Positions 48,475-62,854 of a stretch of DNA of 64,000 nt are shown one piece after another. Where the stretch lies: contig NC_043007.1 in assembly GCF_006345805.1 (NCBI RefSeq), positions 44,702,001 to 44,766,000 of the forward strand, written 5' to 3'. Each line of letters opens with the position of its first letter. Positions within the stretch are counted from its first letter, which is position 1. A program made the translations under genes and the position numbers. The DNA comes from Octopus sinensis. Lineage: Eukaryota. A model generated the notes under the pieces. That model worked only from the letters and a program-made list of their open reading frames with translations, was not told the DNA's origin and made no database searches.

Positions 48475-50798
48475 ACCTATACTACAACTACTAAACAAAC
48501 GTCTATTAAAAAGTACGGAGTAATCTTTTGATTTATTGTTTTTATATATCACTTGACATGAAAATACACACATCAATACAAAGAGAATTTATTTTAATTA
48601 TTCATTACGTTTACAATAATATTATTTTATTACATTCAGTTTTCGATACAATAGGGAATATATACTTAATAGTGGTAATTAATTCATTCATTAAAAGAGA
48701 CAAATACCTTGACAAGCTCATAGTAGACAGACAAGTTACACAAATATATTCTAGTATTTAAAATAATAATCCAAAAAGAAAAAGTAAGCAAAAATTCAGC
48801 GGGATTATAGAAAAATATTTTATCAGTGAATAATTATAAACTTACAAAAAAAGGGGGGGTTATATTTAAAGGAAGAGCATCTTTTTAAAATATAAAGTGA
48901 GACTAGAAAAAGATTGGTCTAACTTCTTTATTGTAGTTTCTTCAGAGATTAGTCTTGTGTGCTTGTCAAAGACCTCTTTGACAAACACACAAGATGATTT
49001 AAAGTAGTCAGAATAGGGTTTAAGATTAGTAAACAAAACAGAGACAAATATTATGTACAAACAGGTAAAATAGGTGACGCGGAGGTAGTAGTTTTGTTGT
49101 TTTAATGGCTAGGTGGTAAATTAGTTTCACCTTTGTTGTAGGATAAGATAATAGGCGTTCACACCTGAGACACTGATAGTTCTCTCTCCGGATCTTTTTC
49201 GTTTTCTTTTAACCACTTGAAGATTTTTCAATTCTTAATGGAGTGTTTTTAGATTTTTTGAACGCGTAGTTTTGCATGCTGATGACAAATATCGCATTCA
49301 TTTATTGCCTTCGTCAAACATTAATCACCCCCGTTTTCGTAGTTAATTCGTAGCGTGTAAATAATTATATTATCTACAGGTGGCGTGTGCGACCGCGCGC
49401 GTGTGCCATTGAACACATGCACACATACACACGTTAGCTTGCTCGGGATTTATTCTTCACTCCCATTAAAAGTCTGGAAACAGAAATGAAATCGTGAGTT
49501 AAATATTAAATATAATCTCAATTAGCGAAAACGAGAGTAAATGTGATACCAACTATGTCATAGTTATCTATCTAACATCAGAAAACGTCCCAGCTGTGAC
49601 CATTCTGTCTTTTTGTGTATTAGCAACTCCAGTGTTCAATGTAGCCTTTATTTACGAATAAGATGTTTACGAGGGAGATTTAGTTGCTATTTCGTTGTGT
49701 TTCGAAATATCCATAACGATTAAACCGTACTCTTTTCTATTTTCATTTTTTTCCTTTCTACCGTTATTTAATATACTGGTTTGTCAGAATAGTAATTTCA
49801 AGAGTCTGACAAACTAGAATGATAAATAATGACGAAAGAAGAGAAAAAAGTATCAAGAATAATAAAAAGTTTTGTTTAATTGTGAAAGGTATTCCGAAAC
49901 CATACAGTTATTTCTAGCATATCGGGTGACATATAGTAGCTCCCATTTAGTCAATTTTTATTATTATCGGTTTACAAATTCTGATTAGTGGACTTCCAGA
50001 ATAGCTATTTTTGCCTCATGGAAACTGAAAACGGCAAGAAATTGGGTGGTTGATTCCTTCTTTGTAACAACTTGTCACAAAAAATAAATCTTTTTACATG
50101 TTTGTCCCTAAATTTCGTGTCTTTTCCGGTTGTTTTAATATTTACTAGACGGGTGTAACAGGAAAAAAAAAAAAAAAACTTCCATTTTTGCTTGTGTGCA
50201 AGTGTATTTATTGCTGGTATTTAGTAGACAGATTTTGTGCTTCAGATTGTAAAATATAATCGTGTCGTTCCCTCGATGACAAGACTTTAAAAACTTCCTG
50301 ATGAATTGGATACCCGTCTAAAATATGTGTTTTCAATTTAAGCACAATTTAAGCACAAGGCTAGCAATTTCATGGTCGGAGTTGGGGGAATTCGATACTC
50401 TTTCTCAAAACAGGAAATTGGAAAAAAATTTTTCGTATTATTTATTCTCCATTATATATATACTTGTTTCATTTGCTAATAGGAGTCACAAAATTGTACT
50501 TGTAGGAGAAACATGTAAAATATCTTCTATTAGAAATTCTTCAGACGATAAAATAATATTATTTTCAGGAGTTGAGGAATTTGATACTTGCTTGGAAACA
50601 GGTGAGAGTTGACAACAGGAGGGACATCTGACCATAGAAAATCTGTGTTGATGACCTCTCTCTGACTCCTAGAAGTATGGACTAGTGGATATTAAAATGA
50701 TGATGGTTCTTGGTAACTAGTTCAATCACTCTTATTCTATCCAGAATGAGAGAGTGTATATAAAGACAAGGTATTTACACCTGTTATGACATCAGCAG

Positions 50799-50829
<31 letters not shown>

Positions 50830-51088
50830 TTTCATATGTATAAATTGTTTTTAAAATGGAACTTGAAGTACATAAAGCTGTAAATAATAGCATGTACTAT
50901 ATTTGGTTTGAAAACCATTTGCATGGGAAAAAGTTGAAGTATGACAAGTTTGGAGGGATATATTATCTGGGTGGATACCATATTAACTCCCAATGAAGTT
51001 CCAGTTAACAGCTAACCACAACGATCAATATCTAATGTCTATGACTACAATTAGTTGTTAGTCACTCTGTGAATTCTTCTGATGGGTA

Positions 51089-51176
51089 ATTCCATGTACT
51101 CTTCAATGGACAGTAAAAATTGTTTGTATATATATATACAAACAATTTTTACTATCCATTGAAGAGTACATGGAAT
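51089..51176. repeat. 88-bp near-perfect palindrome centred on (TA)n
   Basis: ATTCCATGTACTCTTCAATGGACAGTAAAAATTGTTTGTATA is mirrored by TATACAAACAATTTTTACTATCCATTGAAGAGTACATGGAAT with one mismatch. Confidence 0.95.
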
Positions 51177-51324
51177 ATATATATATGGCTCTGACAAAAT
51201 TAGCATTAATTTTCTTAGGCCATTCAATTTGCCTTGATTAATCAATAAACCAACTGAGTAAACCTTTCAGTAATGTACCTATAATGACAACTGGAAACAG
51301 CTGTAAGCCAAATTTGCTCAAAGG

Positions 51325-53170
51325 AATTATATCTATCTATCTATCTATCTATCTGGGTCATCCCTCAGGATGCCCCAAGACTGTTTCCACACATTTTCCC
51401 CATTCATCTCGATCTTCCATAATAGTCCTCAGCTCCTGTACCCCTTCCATACCAGTATCCTCTAGCAAGTTGTCAATATAGGTCATCTTCCTCCTTCCTC
51501 TCCTGGTTCTTCCTTCCGTTGGTTGCCAGAGCACCAGCTTGTTAGCAATTACATCAGTGTGTCTGATGCAGTGTCCAGCTAGCCTCATCCTTCTATGCTA
51601 TACCTTCAATGTTACTTTTGATAGTCAATGGTATAAGTCAGCGTTTCTTGTATGATGCTTCCAGGAGACATTGAGTGCCATTCTAAGCATCCTCGTATAA
51701 CAACCGTCCTACTGCTTCTTAAGTGCTTTAGTGAGTGTTTCAACCCCGTATAGAAGAACAGACTCTACTCTTGCCAGAAACAACTTCACTTTCAATTTAT
51801 TTGCTAATTTTGAACTCCATACCTTTCTCAATTTATGGCATGTGCTCCAGGCAAGAGCTTTCCTTGCTACAATGTATTTTTCAGTACTTTGTGTCCATGC
51901 ACCAAGGTGTTTGAAATTTTCAACTACCTTGAGCAACTTACTGTCTCTCACTTTCACTGACACAGGCATTTTGTGGTTGAATACTTGCAGCTCTGTTTTC
52001 TTTGCATTGCAGTACAATCATACCTTCCTCAATTCCTGCTCTAATCTGCTCAGCACCTCCTGTGCCTGATCTGTCCTCTCTCTTAGTAATGCCAGGTCAT
52101 CAGCATAGTCTAGGTCAATTACTGTTACTGCTTGATGCTGTTTACTTCTTTGTCTATGCAGTTTGAATCCCAGTTCTTCCTTGCCCTTGTACGTTCTTCC
52201 AGAACAATGGTGAAAAGATAAGGTGCTAGTATGTCGCCTTGTAATACTCTGGCTTTGACTTCAAAGTATTCCATCTCTCCATCAAGAGTGATCACTTTCG
52301 CACTGGTGTTCTCATACAACTTACTTATTGCTCTCAGAATTCTTGGTGGAGTATCATATGCTTTAAGTATCATCATCATTCTTCTATGTACTGAATCAAA
52401 AGCTTTTTTAAAGTTTACAGAGATAATGATAGCCTTCCTGTTATGGCTCTTATCTCCCTTTATCAGTCTTCTAAGTGTGACAGTGTGTGATGTTGTTGAC
52501 CATCCTGATTTGAATCCATTTTGATTTGGGCGCAATTGTTTGCCTATCTTAGGGTGTATTCGGTTAAGTATCATCTTGTTGACCATTTTTGCAACAATGG
52601 ATGACAGACTGATCCTTCTGTAATTCTCAGTATCACTTTGGTCTCCAGTTTTGGGCAGTGGTAGCAAGTCTATCTCAGACCATTGTTCCGGTTTCACATT
52701 CCCATTTAGTAGTTTGTTTGCAAGTTCAAGGATAATGTCATCTAAATCCCATCTTTTTAGTACTTCTGGTGGGATGTTGTCAGAACCAGTTTGTTTTCCT
52801 TATTTCAGGTTACTTGTAGCTCTTTCTATTTCTTGCTTTGTGAAGTCTCCATCCTCGATTTCCAAACCATTAAGTATCTTTGCTAATTCTTCATTTTCTG
52901 TTCAACTATCAACTTCTGGATCCTTCCCAAGTAACTTGTAGAAATGAGTGTACCACTCTTTGATTCTCTCGTCCTTTGATTTCCCTTTGATGATTCCCTG
53001 CTTTGCAGCTTTGCAACCAGTGATGGAGTTAATCAGCCTCCAGCTTTTCTCTGTGCTTACTCTTTGCATCTGCATTTTTGACCTGGGAGATCATTTCATC
53101 CAGTTCCTCTTCTTGAATCTCTTGGTACTCTTTCTTTGTAAAGTTTGTTTGTTTAGTATCATTGTATAAG
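51325..53170 (-). mobile_element. Second RTE-group LINE family, decayed, with (GATA)n tail
   Basis: LPKTGDQSDTENYRRISLSSIVAK, NFKKAFDSVHR, VLQGDILAPYLF, DLDYADDLAL, ESVLLYGVET, LAGHCIRH...RRGRRKMTYID. No PHD insert. Confidence 0.9.
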
Positions 53171-53526
53171 GACCATTATTTTAAACTTATTTTATATATG
53201 TATATATATATATATATATATCTATATATATGTATGTATTCAATAGCATGTCTTTCAGAGAGATTCAGCTGCTATTTCTAGCAAGTTTAGTGATGTGAAA
53301 TTGCCTGTTTTGGTCGAAGACCACAGGGTTTGGAATATGTGTTCAGAATACTTGAAATCTTTTGATTCTAACATGCCTGAGATCGCTCCTGGTTCTTTGA
53401 TACAAACTTCCTGTTTTAAACTGATCTGAATTAAAATCTCTTCCATCAACATTTCATGTTAATTCATGTTATAAATGCCAGTTTAACAACAACAAAATTA
53501 TTTTGTTAAATTTTTTTTTGTTTTAA

Positions 53527-53786
53527 CCCTTTAGTATTTAAACTGGTCATATATGGCCAAAATATTCTACCTGTTTTATCCTCAAACCAACCAGATCTGG
53601 CCTCTCAAACTTATCCTACAATATTGCCCTAGGGGTGGTGAGCTGGCAGAATCATTACCACACTGGGCGAAATGCTTGGCAGTATTTCATCTGCCATTAT
53701 GTTCTGAGTTCAAATTCCACATGAATAATTCATATCAATGTGAATAAATAAGCATTACATTTTACAGAAATCTGAATGCTAAAGAG
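53527..53786. mobile_element. piggyBac-type MITE (TTAA TSD) with a SINE C fragment inserted
   Basis: TTAA|CCCTTTAG...CTAAAGAG|TTAA. An inverted relative lies at 63249-63444. Confidence 0.7.
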
Positions 53787-55492
53787 TTAAAACTTAATTG
53801 AAACAAAAGCAGTGTATTTCAAAAGAAATATGGTAACAAAAGGATTAAAGACCAGTTGAAGGATTGTACTACACAGTGTTAGGGAACTCAGGTATTTACA
53901 TAGAATCTAATGTATCTGTAAAGGAGCTGGTGTCTCTAAACCCAATGTGTTGTGTAAGGAGAGAGTCTATTGTTTGTTTAACCTTAAATTTGTGATGGTA
54001 TGTTTGCTCTTCAGTAATGATTTCCAATTGTTTTGATCCATGTTACACTGAAAAAGGCACTAGAAGTGTGATGGCTCACTATCAGTTTCTTAAAAGTTTT
54101 TTTTTGATATAAAAAAAAGCAAATATTAATATTGTCAAACAGAGATGAATGTACATATTACACTTTGTTGTAAAAGACTCCCCCCATTTAATCTGACTTA
54201 CCCCAATTTACTACCCATAGTGAATTGGAGGTGGTGGGGAGTTGTTAGAACATTGGCTACAACACCTTGTGGAATTTGTTCCTGCCCTCTACACTCTGAC
54301 TTCAAATACTGCATAGGTTGACTTTGCCTGTCATCCTTTTGGAGACTCTAAAATGGCACATTGATAGAATGTTAGATGTTAGAACATTGATGGAGATGCT
54401 TTGCAGTAACCGTTTAGACTCTTTGCATTCTGAGTTCAAACCTTACCTCTCATTACTGGGAAAATAGGTTCTTTGGGACTGGCAGAAAATGGTGAGAGGC
54501 TTGGGAAGTCCTTGACTCTGTAGCCAAGTATATTGGCTGGTCACTCTTCTTGCTGGCTGACCAGTTTACTGGAGAGAACATAAGGGGACTTCAAGTCCTG
54601 CATACTTAACAAACAAGAAACAAATCTGTACTGGTACATCATCATTTTCATCATTTTGGTGTCTATTTCTCCATGCTTGCATGGATCAGATGAAACGTAG
54701 TTTCAAAATTTTCTACAACTGGGTGCCCTTCTTATGATCCCTAATCTGTATTCCAAGTATATCTCCATCTATCAAACAATAAACAGCCTGGATATGCTTG
54801 TTTATAAGGAGAACAAAAACAAATAACACCATATGAATGGTCTATTTGTTCACAGAAATTTTGCATCTTGTCTAGATAAATCAAGAAGCCCAGACATGCT
54901 TCCATGGTGGACTGCAAAGAAATGACATCATCCAACAAATGACAGTGAGGCTGTTGTTTATAACCAGCAGATACATGATGATGAGGGAAATATGAACTCA
55001 AACACGTATAAACACAAACGCTCATACATCTATGTTTGTGCATGTGGGTGTGGCTATGTGTCTCCTTGTTTTGACATTCTGTGCTTGTTCTAAACAAGTA
55101 TCACCATCAGACAAGCAGTATCATTCATTTCAAGTCTTCTGTGCAAAAAATATGTCCTACCATGGGGAAATATTATCTTGCTTGAAAACATGTGAGAGCT
55201 GATGACAGGAATGGCACCTGGCCATAGAAAATCAGTTTAATCCAGGCAAACATGGAAAAGAAGCAAATGAATGTTAAAGTGATGAGGATGATTAAAACAT
55301 TTGAGTCTAGTTCTCTGCTCTTTCATTCAACTGTTTCTATAATATAAAATAATTATACTAGCATAAGGGCACAGGTTATATATGTATATATATTTATATA
55401 TGTGTGTTTGTTTGTTTGTGTGTGTGTGTGTATATGTGTGTTTGTTTGTGTGTGTGTATATATATGTATATATATATGTTTGTGTGTGTGTG

Positions 55493-55527
<35 letters not shown>

Positions 55528-57077
55528 CAATAAGAAAATGGAGGGGATCAAGAGGTGGTATTCATCAACTTTTAGACATTATATTGTCTATTTATTTTTT
55601 AAGAAGACAATTATAACAATATACATATATAACTATAATATATGAAATATAAAAATACCAGTTGTGTCTGGGGAGAGTCATTTTCTTTTTGTTCCTTATA
55701 ATGTAACACATTCACTGGTAAAATTTCCACTTATTTCTTTTATTTTCCTAAAATTTTTGTTGCCTCTTGCAACCTTTTCAATAGTCTTGACTCTGTTATT
55801 TACACTGCGTTCTTTTTTGTTTGTTTGTGCGCATGTGTGTGTGTGCCTATGCATGCATGCACGTATGTATGTATATATGTATGTGTATATATATGTATGT
55901 ATCCTTCATATTTATGTGCTTGCATGTCCGTGTTTGTGTATTTTCTTTGTATGTGTGTGAGCATGTGTTTGTATATGTATGCACCTCTGTCTCCTTGTGT
56001 GTGTGTGTGTTATGCAACTATGTACCATGCTTGTATGTATGGATGTGCATCTTTATATGTGTGGATCTGTGTCTCCATGTGTGTCCTTGTGTGGAGTAAA
56101 GTATGTGTGTTTATATGGTCATCTGTTTCAGTCTCCATTTGCATATGTGTGCTCGTCTGTTCATATAACCTATGTACCTATCCGTCTGTATGTTGATCTG
56201 TTTATTTTCATATCTATATGCTTACATACATACAAAAAAAAAGTGGATACACACACACTCACACCCACACACACACACACATACATCTATCTACATAACA
56301 GTCCACTAACTATTCTACTCTACCTGTGTAAACTGTGGGTATGGAGGTATGATGTCTACTATGTATATTTCCTATTGAGTATTGGGGAGGTTTCATTTAT
56401 AAGGACATACTCCCGTATTTGTCTGAGTATTGGGTCTTTTGGGTGCTTGGATAAGATGCGGATGCCAAGTTGACCCAAGTGTGTTACATTATAAAGCACA
56501 AAAAGAAAATGTTTCTCTCCAGACACAACAGGATATGCTTCAACACACAAACTCACATAAAGAATCTTGCAAACCAAATCCCAAAACACCAGTATTTATT
56601 AAAATATATAACGTAGAGCATAGAAAGTAGGATAATATCTTACAGTTGTTTCAGCCAAGAGGCCATAGTACACCTTTCTACTTTTATCCCCCCAGTAGAC
56701 TGAAGTATTTGGTAGATAAGATTAAAGTACTTGGGTGTGCCTCTGGGCTTCATCAGAGAGTTTAGAAAGTTCATAAGGTTAAGTTATAAATATAAATACA
56801 TACACATATACATACTTTTACATATACACACATATACATAAATATACATAAACACATATATATATTAAAATGTATATGTATATGCATACAAAGGAATCAA
56901 TTATTATTATTAGGTGTATTATATTATTCTTATTAGATAAAGTATAAACAGAGGGAAGAGAAAGTTATCAAAAGAGAAATGATAGTGAATTTAAAAAAAT
57001 CAATGTATCTTAAGATTATTGTAGTTATGTAGGAATGAAAAGGTATATACATGAGGAATACATAAATATATACACAT

Positions 57078-57123
<46 letters not shown>

Positions 57124-57544
57124 AGATAGGGGTTGAAAATTCAACCCACCATGGGATAATATATATCCAATATACTGCCAAGTATGTTTCTCCATTCTCT
57201 AATTTTGTAATATATATATATATATATATACACACACGCACATATACACACACATACATATCTTACGTACAAACATACCCATAGGTACATATGTATTACA
57301 TGTATTGAGAAAGTAGTATTATTGCAGAAGTTTGTATTATTCTTTTTATATAATTATAATAATTATACACAAACATATATATATTCATATAAACATGTGA
57401 TATGTTTTCTATTGAGGGCTTTAAACAAAAGTCCACAATAAGTGGGTTAAAGTTTATATTAATACCTGTGATATTAGTTGGTACTACAAGTCATAAATTT
57501 CCGGGTATTAATCAATATACCTTGATGATATTCCTGTAGATAAC

Positions 57545-57740
57545 AGTGGGAAGGAAAAAGATTGGAAGCTTCTATGATTATGAATAAAGCAAAAGTTAAG
57601 GTGCAGGGAAAATCTTGACTGTGTGAAATGCCTAACAATGGAGATTGGTATTGAAAGAACCACTATATACAGCATTAAGAAACAGAACGACAAATTATTG
57701 CAGTTCTATGCTGTGAGTGATGGAAAGATGTTAATGGGTC
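57545..57740 (+). pseudogene. pogo/Tigger-type transposase N-terminal HTH remnant
   Basis: Frameshifted IGIERTTIYSIKKQNDKLLQFYAVSD resembles the Tigger/CENP-B-like GIGxSTxYDIKKQKxKLLxF pattern. Confidence 0.55.
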
Positions 57741-58459
57741 CTGTCTCCAAGATGTGCCATTTTTTAAGTACAAATATAGTCATTCTGTAATTTGAAATAC
57801 TTCCAGCTGTACAGTTTAGATGAAGGATTATCAACCTGTCTGTCTATCATTCAATATATATATATATGTATATATATCTTTCCCTCTTTCTCATATATAT
57901 ATCTGAGTAGTCCGTCATTGGGCAATTTTGACAATAGAATACCTTTATTTCAATTTTTTTTTTATTCCAAGCCAGATTTTTCTTATCTTGTTGCTGATGC
58001 TTTGTGAGGGTTTTTTTACTTTGTTAACTAGGTGAAACTCCTGACACACACGCATCATTGTTGACCAGGTGAAACTCCTGACACACACTCTCAGCATGAG
58101 TGATATTCAGAAATTGAGAGAGTGTGTGGTAAATTTTGAAAATCAAATTCGTTTTTCTTGGGGATACACTGTTTCAGAGCCTTTCAGGGCTAAATACACA
58201 TACATAAACCACATACACCCACATTTATATAGCAGGTATGTATTTATACATACACTCACTTCTCATACTTCATTTCCCTCTTGCTCATTATTTTCCTTAA
58301 CACACACACACACACACAGAGCCCTTTTGGCTAAAAACACTATTCTATTCTACCCATCACTCAAAATATCAAACTCTCTTAATGGTTCTTCCTTAAAAGC
58401 TAAAGTTAATTGCCTTCTACTGTTTATTGTATTCTGTTTTTTTTTTATTATACCTGTAA

Positions 58460-58805
58460 TGTTAGCAGCACATAAAATGCACCTTTCAAGCGTTGGGCCT
58501 CACAGAGGTAATGACAAATGACCATGAACTTTGGCAATATGCTGTGCTTGAGTAGAAGACCCATCAAGCCAAGTGAAATTATAGTTGTGGCAGATACTGG
58601 TGTCATGCAACTGGAACCTGTACTGGTGGCACATAAAAGTACCCATTACACTCTTGGAGCAGTTGGTGTTAGGAAGGGGCATCCAGCTGTAGAAACCATA
58701 CCAAATCAGACTGGAGTTTGGTGCAGTCCCTCAGCTTACCTGGTCAAACTGTCCAACCAATGCCAGCATCGAAAATGGACATTAATTGATGTTGATGATG
58801 ATGAT
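58460..58805 (+). mobile_element. RTE 3' end, old
   Basis: GGGCCTCACAGAGGTAATGAC...CTTTGGCAATATGCTGTG through the tail and (GAT)n. Confidence 0.75.
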
Positions 58806-58829
58806 ATTGTCAGTAAATCATGAATCTGA

Positions 58830-58956
58830 AAGTAGAGCATGTGGTTGCTTCTCAACCACATGGTTCTGGTTTCAGTCCTGCTGCACGGCACTTTGGGCAA
58901 GTGTCTTCTACCAAAGCCTTGTGAGTGGATTTGGTAGGCGGAAACTGAAAGAAGCC

Positions 58957-59006
<50 letters not shown>

Positions 59007-59215
59007 GTGTGCTTGTGTGTCTGTGTTTAATCCCCACCACCATCGCTTGACAACCGATATTGGTGTGTTTACGTCCCTGTAACTTAGTGGCTTGGCAAAA
59101 GAGACTGATAGAATAAGTACTAGGCTTATGAAGAATAAGTCCTGGGGTTGATTTGTTCAACTAAAGGCGGTGCTCCAGCATGACCGCAGTCAAATGACCG
59201 AAACAAGTAAAAGAA
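58830..59215 (+). mobile_element. SINE family A
   Basis: Head, body and tail ...GGCGGTGCTCCAGCATGACCGCAGTCAAATGACCGAAACAAGTAAAAG. Confidence 0.85.
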
Positions 59216-59869
59216 TATATATATATATATATACATATAATTGTATTTATTTATGTAGATATTTTGCATATATTTTGTGTATGTACATGTATGTGTATAT
59301 ATGTGGCAGAATGTACATTAACATAAGTACTAGGCTTATGAAGAATAGTTCCCTCCATAGTATGAATCAATGTTATTGGACATACCTCATGTTAGTATTA
59401 TTAGCCATACTGTTCCATGCTGGCTTAGAACATGTTGGAAGTTGGTATTAATTTTGGAGTTTTCCTTCTAGATTGATTACTTTCTCTGCAACTAAGGAGC
59501 TGAATCTACCCTTACTAAAATCTATCTAACCCATAGATGGGACCCTGACAGGTAGTATTCTTGGTCAGAATAAACTTGTGAGCTATGGTAATTATAGGTG
59601 ACTCGACACTCTCTACAAATCCAGAAGTCTCAAACTGAACCCTTGCCACTGGATGCCCACATGTATATACATGTCATACCCATATGTATATTCATACATC
59701 ATCATTATTATCATTTAACATTCATTTTCCATTTGTATGTACTCACACATACCTGCTACTTATGTGGAAGTATGTATGTATAAATGAAAGTGTATTTTTA
59801 CATGGTTGTGTGTGTGATGTGTTTGTGTGTTTGCATGTATATATGTGTGTGTGTGTGTGTACCATGTAT

Positions 59870-60540
59870 AAAGCACCCATGCCGGTGCCATATATACAAC
59901 ACCTGTGTTGTTGCCATGTAAAAAGCATCCAGTACACTGTGTAAAGTGGTTGGTGTCAGAAAGGTCATCCAGTCATAGTAAACCATGCCGAAACAGACAA
60001 CTGGAGCCTGATGCAGCTCTCTGGTTGGCCAGCTTGTGTCCATCTGTCCAACCCTTGCCAACATGGAAAATGGACATTAAATGATGATGATGATGATCAC
60101 ATATGTATATTGTACAAAATCATAAGATAGTTCAATACACCCTTGTATTATATGCATGCAAAGGCATGGTGTAGCTATGTGGTAAGAAGCTTGCTTCTCA
60201 ACCACATGACTCTGGGTTCAGTCCCACTGTGTGGTACCTAGGGCAAGTGTTTTCTACTATAGCCTCTGGCTGACCAAAGCATTGTGAATGGATATGGGAG
60301 ATGGAAACTGAAGCCCGTCATATATATATATATAGTGTCTGTGTTTGTCCCCTACCACTGCTTGGCAGCCGGTGTTGGTGTGTTTATGTCCCTGTAACTT
60401 AGCAGTTCAGCAAAAGACACCAATAAAATAAGTTGTAGGCTTTAAAAAATAAGTACTGGGGTCAATTTGTTCAAATAAAACCCTTCAAAGCAGTGCCCCA
60501 GCATGGCTGCAGTCATATGACTGAAACAAATAAAAGATAA
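59870..60540 (+). mobile_element. RTE tail (59870-60097) followed by SINE family A (60160-60540)
   Basis: Family motifs as above. Confidence 0.8.
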
Positions 60541-61233
60541 AGTGATGCTGGCCTTATTGTGTGCATTTATTTATTTATTTTTTTAGATATTCCTGGTTTT
60601 CACAAATATAAAAATAGAAATACCAACATCAAAACAGTCAGTTTAATCCATCATCACTGAAGAATTTATCTTACAGTAGTTTATTGAAGACAAATCAACC
60701 AAATGAAACTGATTCCTTCTCAAGAGACTATTGATTTCTTTTAGTGTAATCAGTCAACATATTGTTCTTAGTACCAGGAGCCTGGTACAAGAATAATGTG
60801 TGACTTGGGATTCCAAACACAGCTTATTGTTGTCATACCTAGTGTTCACATGTTTTTCAGTTGATATTGTGAAATCATTTTCTGTATCTACTTATGTTGG
60901 TCAGCTATTAGCCATATGCTTATATGACATATTGTGATTGTAGCCCAGTGCTCTATTTGTTTTTTAAATAGGTTAATCAAAAGAGGAAGGTGTAATCAAT
61001 GCTTCATAATCTTTTCAGGTTCTCTCTCTTTCTCTCTCTCTCTCTCTCTTCCTTACCATACTGGACTTTATTAAGCACTCAAAGACCAGATGTTGTTGAG
61101 CTTAGGTCAAGTAGGCATATAGTCAAAAAGCTTAACATCTGTGGGCATCTCATCTTCCCCCACCCCTTTTTTAACACAGTGTATCACAGATTATATTATT
61201 GAAAATTTCGTCTTCATTTTATTCTAAAGATAG

Positions 61234-62191
61234 CCCTTTAAGGTTGGGTGTGGCTTATTAACACAGCATGCTTTCCTCTGTAGAAGACGGGTGTGGCTTC
61301 TTCACAAACTACTAAATTGTGAAGAGGATGGGTGTGGTATATAAGCCACATTTGTGTTATAAGCTGGAACTTGTGGAACTCTCAGGGAAAACAGGAAAAC
61401 CGTGCAAAGTTTTCCAAATTGAAGAAGCTGGGGTGACATTGAGAGAAGCAAGTGTGGAAACCCTGTTACATTACATTGGCATAATAAGTGCGATGTGACA
61501 ATGATCACAACTTTCTGCGAAGAAGAGAGAGTAAACAGTTCTAAAGTAAATTATAAAACCAAGGCAGTTGTGAAGAAGCCTGACTGTATTATTGATTATT
61601 ATGACCGACATGTGCCTAGTTGATAAAGCAAACCTGCAGCTGGCAATGCTTGAGTGTGATAGGAAAAGTGTAAAATGGCATAAAAAATTATTTTTTCACA
61701 TTATGGATGTTGTCATACCGAATTCTTATAATATGTACTTTGTGAAAACAGGTAACCACATGATGTTTGAAGATTTCCATAGAGAAACAGTATGCCACTT
61801 GCTTGCCAAATATAGTAAACTCACAAATACAGCATAAAGAAGATCGGCAAGTGTCACCATTGGCAGACTAAGGACACTTTCTTTCATAGAAAGACACTAT
61901 CCTGATCATGTCCCAAGTACAGGAACAAAAAAAAAAAGGCCAAAACAGGTGTGCTGTTTGCTCATCCATGACCAAAAGGGAACAGAAAGCAAGCTATGTG
62001 ACAACTTGGTGTCATGAGTGCAAAGTGAGTCTCTAGTTAGGTGCATGCTTTTATGAGTTCCATACATGCTAGAATTAGTGAAATATAATCATAAGTAGTA
62101 ATTGAAATTTAATTTTAAAATCTTGAATTTTTTCATTTTTTTTTTGTTTCCTGCAGGAAAAGTATTGCTATCAATACCCAACCTTAAAGGG
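61234..62191 (+). mobile_element. Internally deleted piggyBac element with both TIRs and the transposase C-terminus
   Basis: 16-bp TIRs CCCTTTAAGGTTGGGT / ACCCAACCTTAAAGGG. Translation gives WHNKCDVTMIT, KKPDCIIDY, LVDKAN...RKSVKWHKKLFFHIMD...NSY, plus a Cys-rich tail. Confidence 0.9.
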
Positions 62192-62811
62192 CTAAAATGT
62201 TTGATTTACAACCATGTAGTTCCTTGTTCAATCCCATGGTTTGGCCTCTTGGGCAAGTGTCTTTTACTATAACCTTTGACTGACAAATACTTTGTGAGTG
62301 AAATTTGGTCAATGAAAATGTCGTGCAGTAGTTCAGTGTACAGATATTTGACATAAAGAATCTTACTTGAAATACTAATGAGGGCCAGTGTCAGGAAGGG
62401 CTTCCAAACATAGAACTCTGCATCAATATGTTTCATCCAACCCATAGTAGCATAGAAAAAAAAAAGTGGGTGTAAAATGATGGTGATGGTAGGGTATGGC
62501 TTTTAGAGAATTGACTGCTATTTCTAGTAGTGATAGGAAGCCCCTTATCTGTGAGTGATTTGAAACCATCTGCTGACAAAATGTCTAAAAACATGAAAAA
62601 GAAAAAAAAAACGTTTAAACTTCATCATCATCATCATCATTGCATGTGTCAGACTTAATTTGTCAAAGCAGATTTTCTATAGCCAGGAGTGTTTGCACAG
62701 AAGACTGGAAACGAATGACATTGCTTGTATGACAGTGATATTTGCTTACAAGCAAAATGTAATAACAGGACAAGATGCTCACACACACACACACTCTATT
62801 TTTCTCTTGTG

Positions 62812-62854
<43 letters not shown>

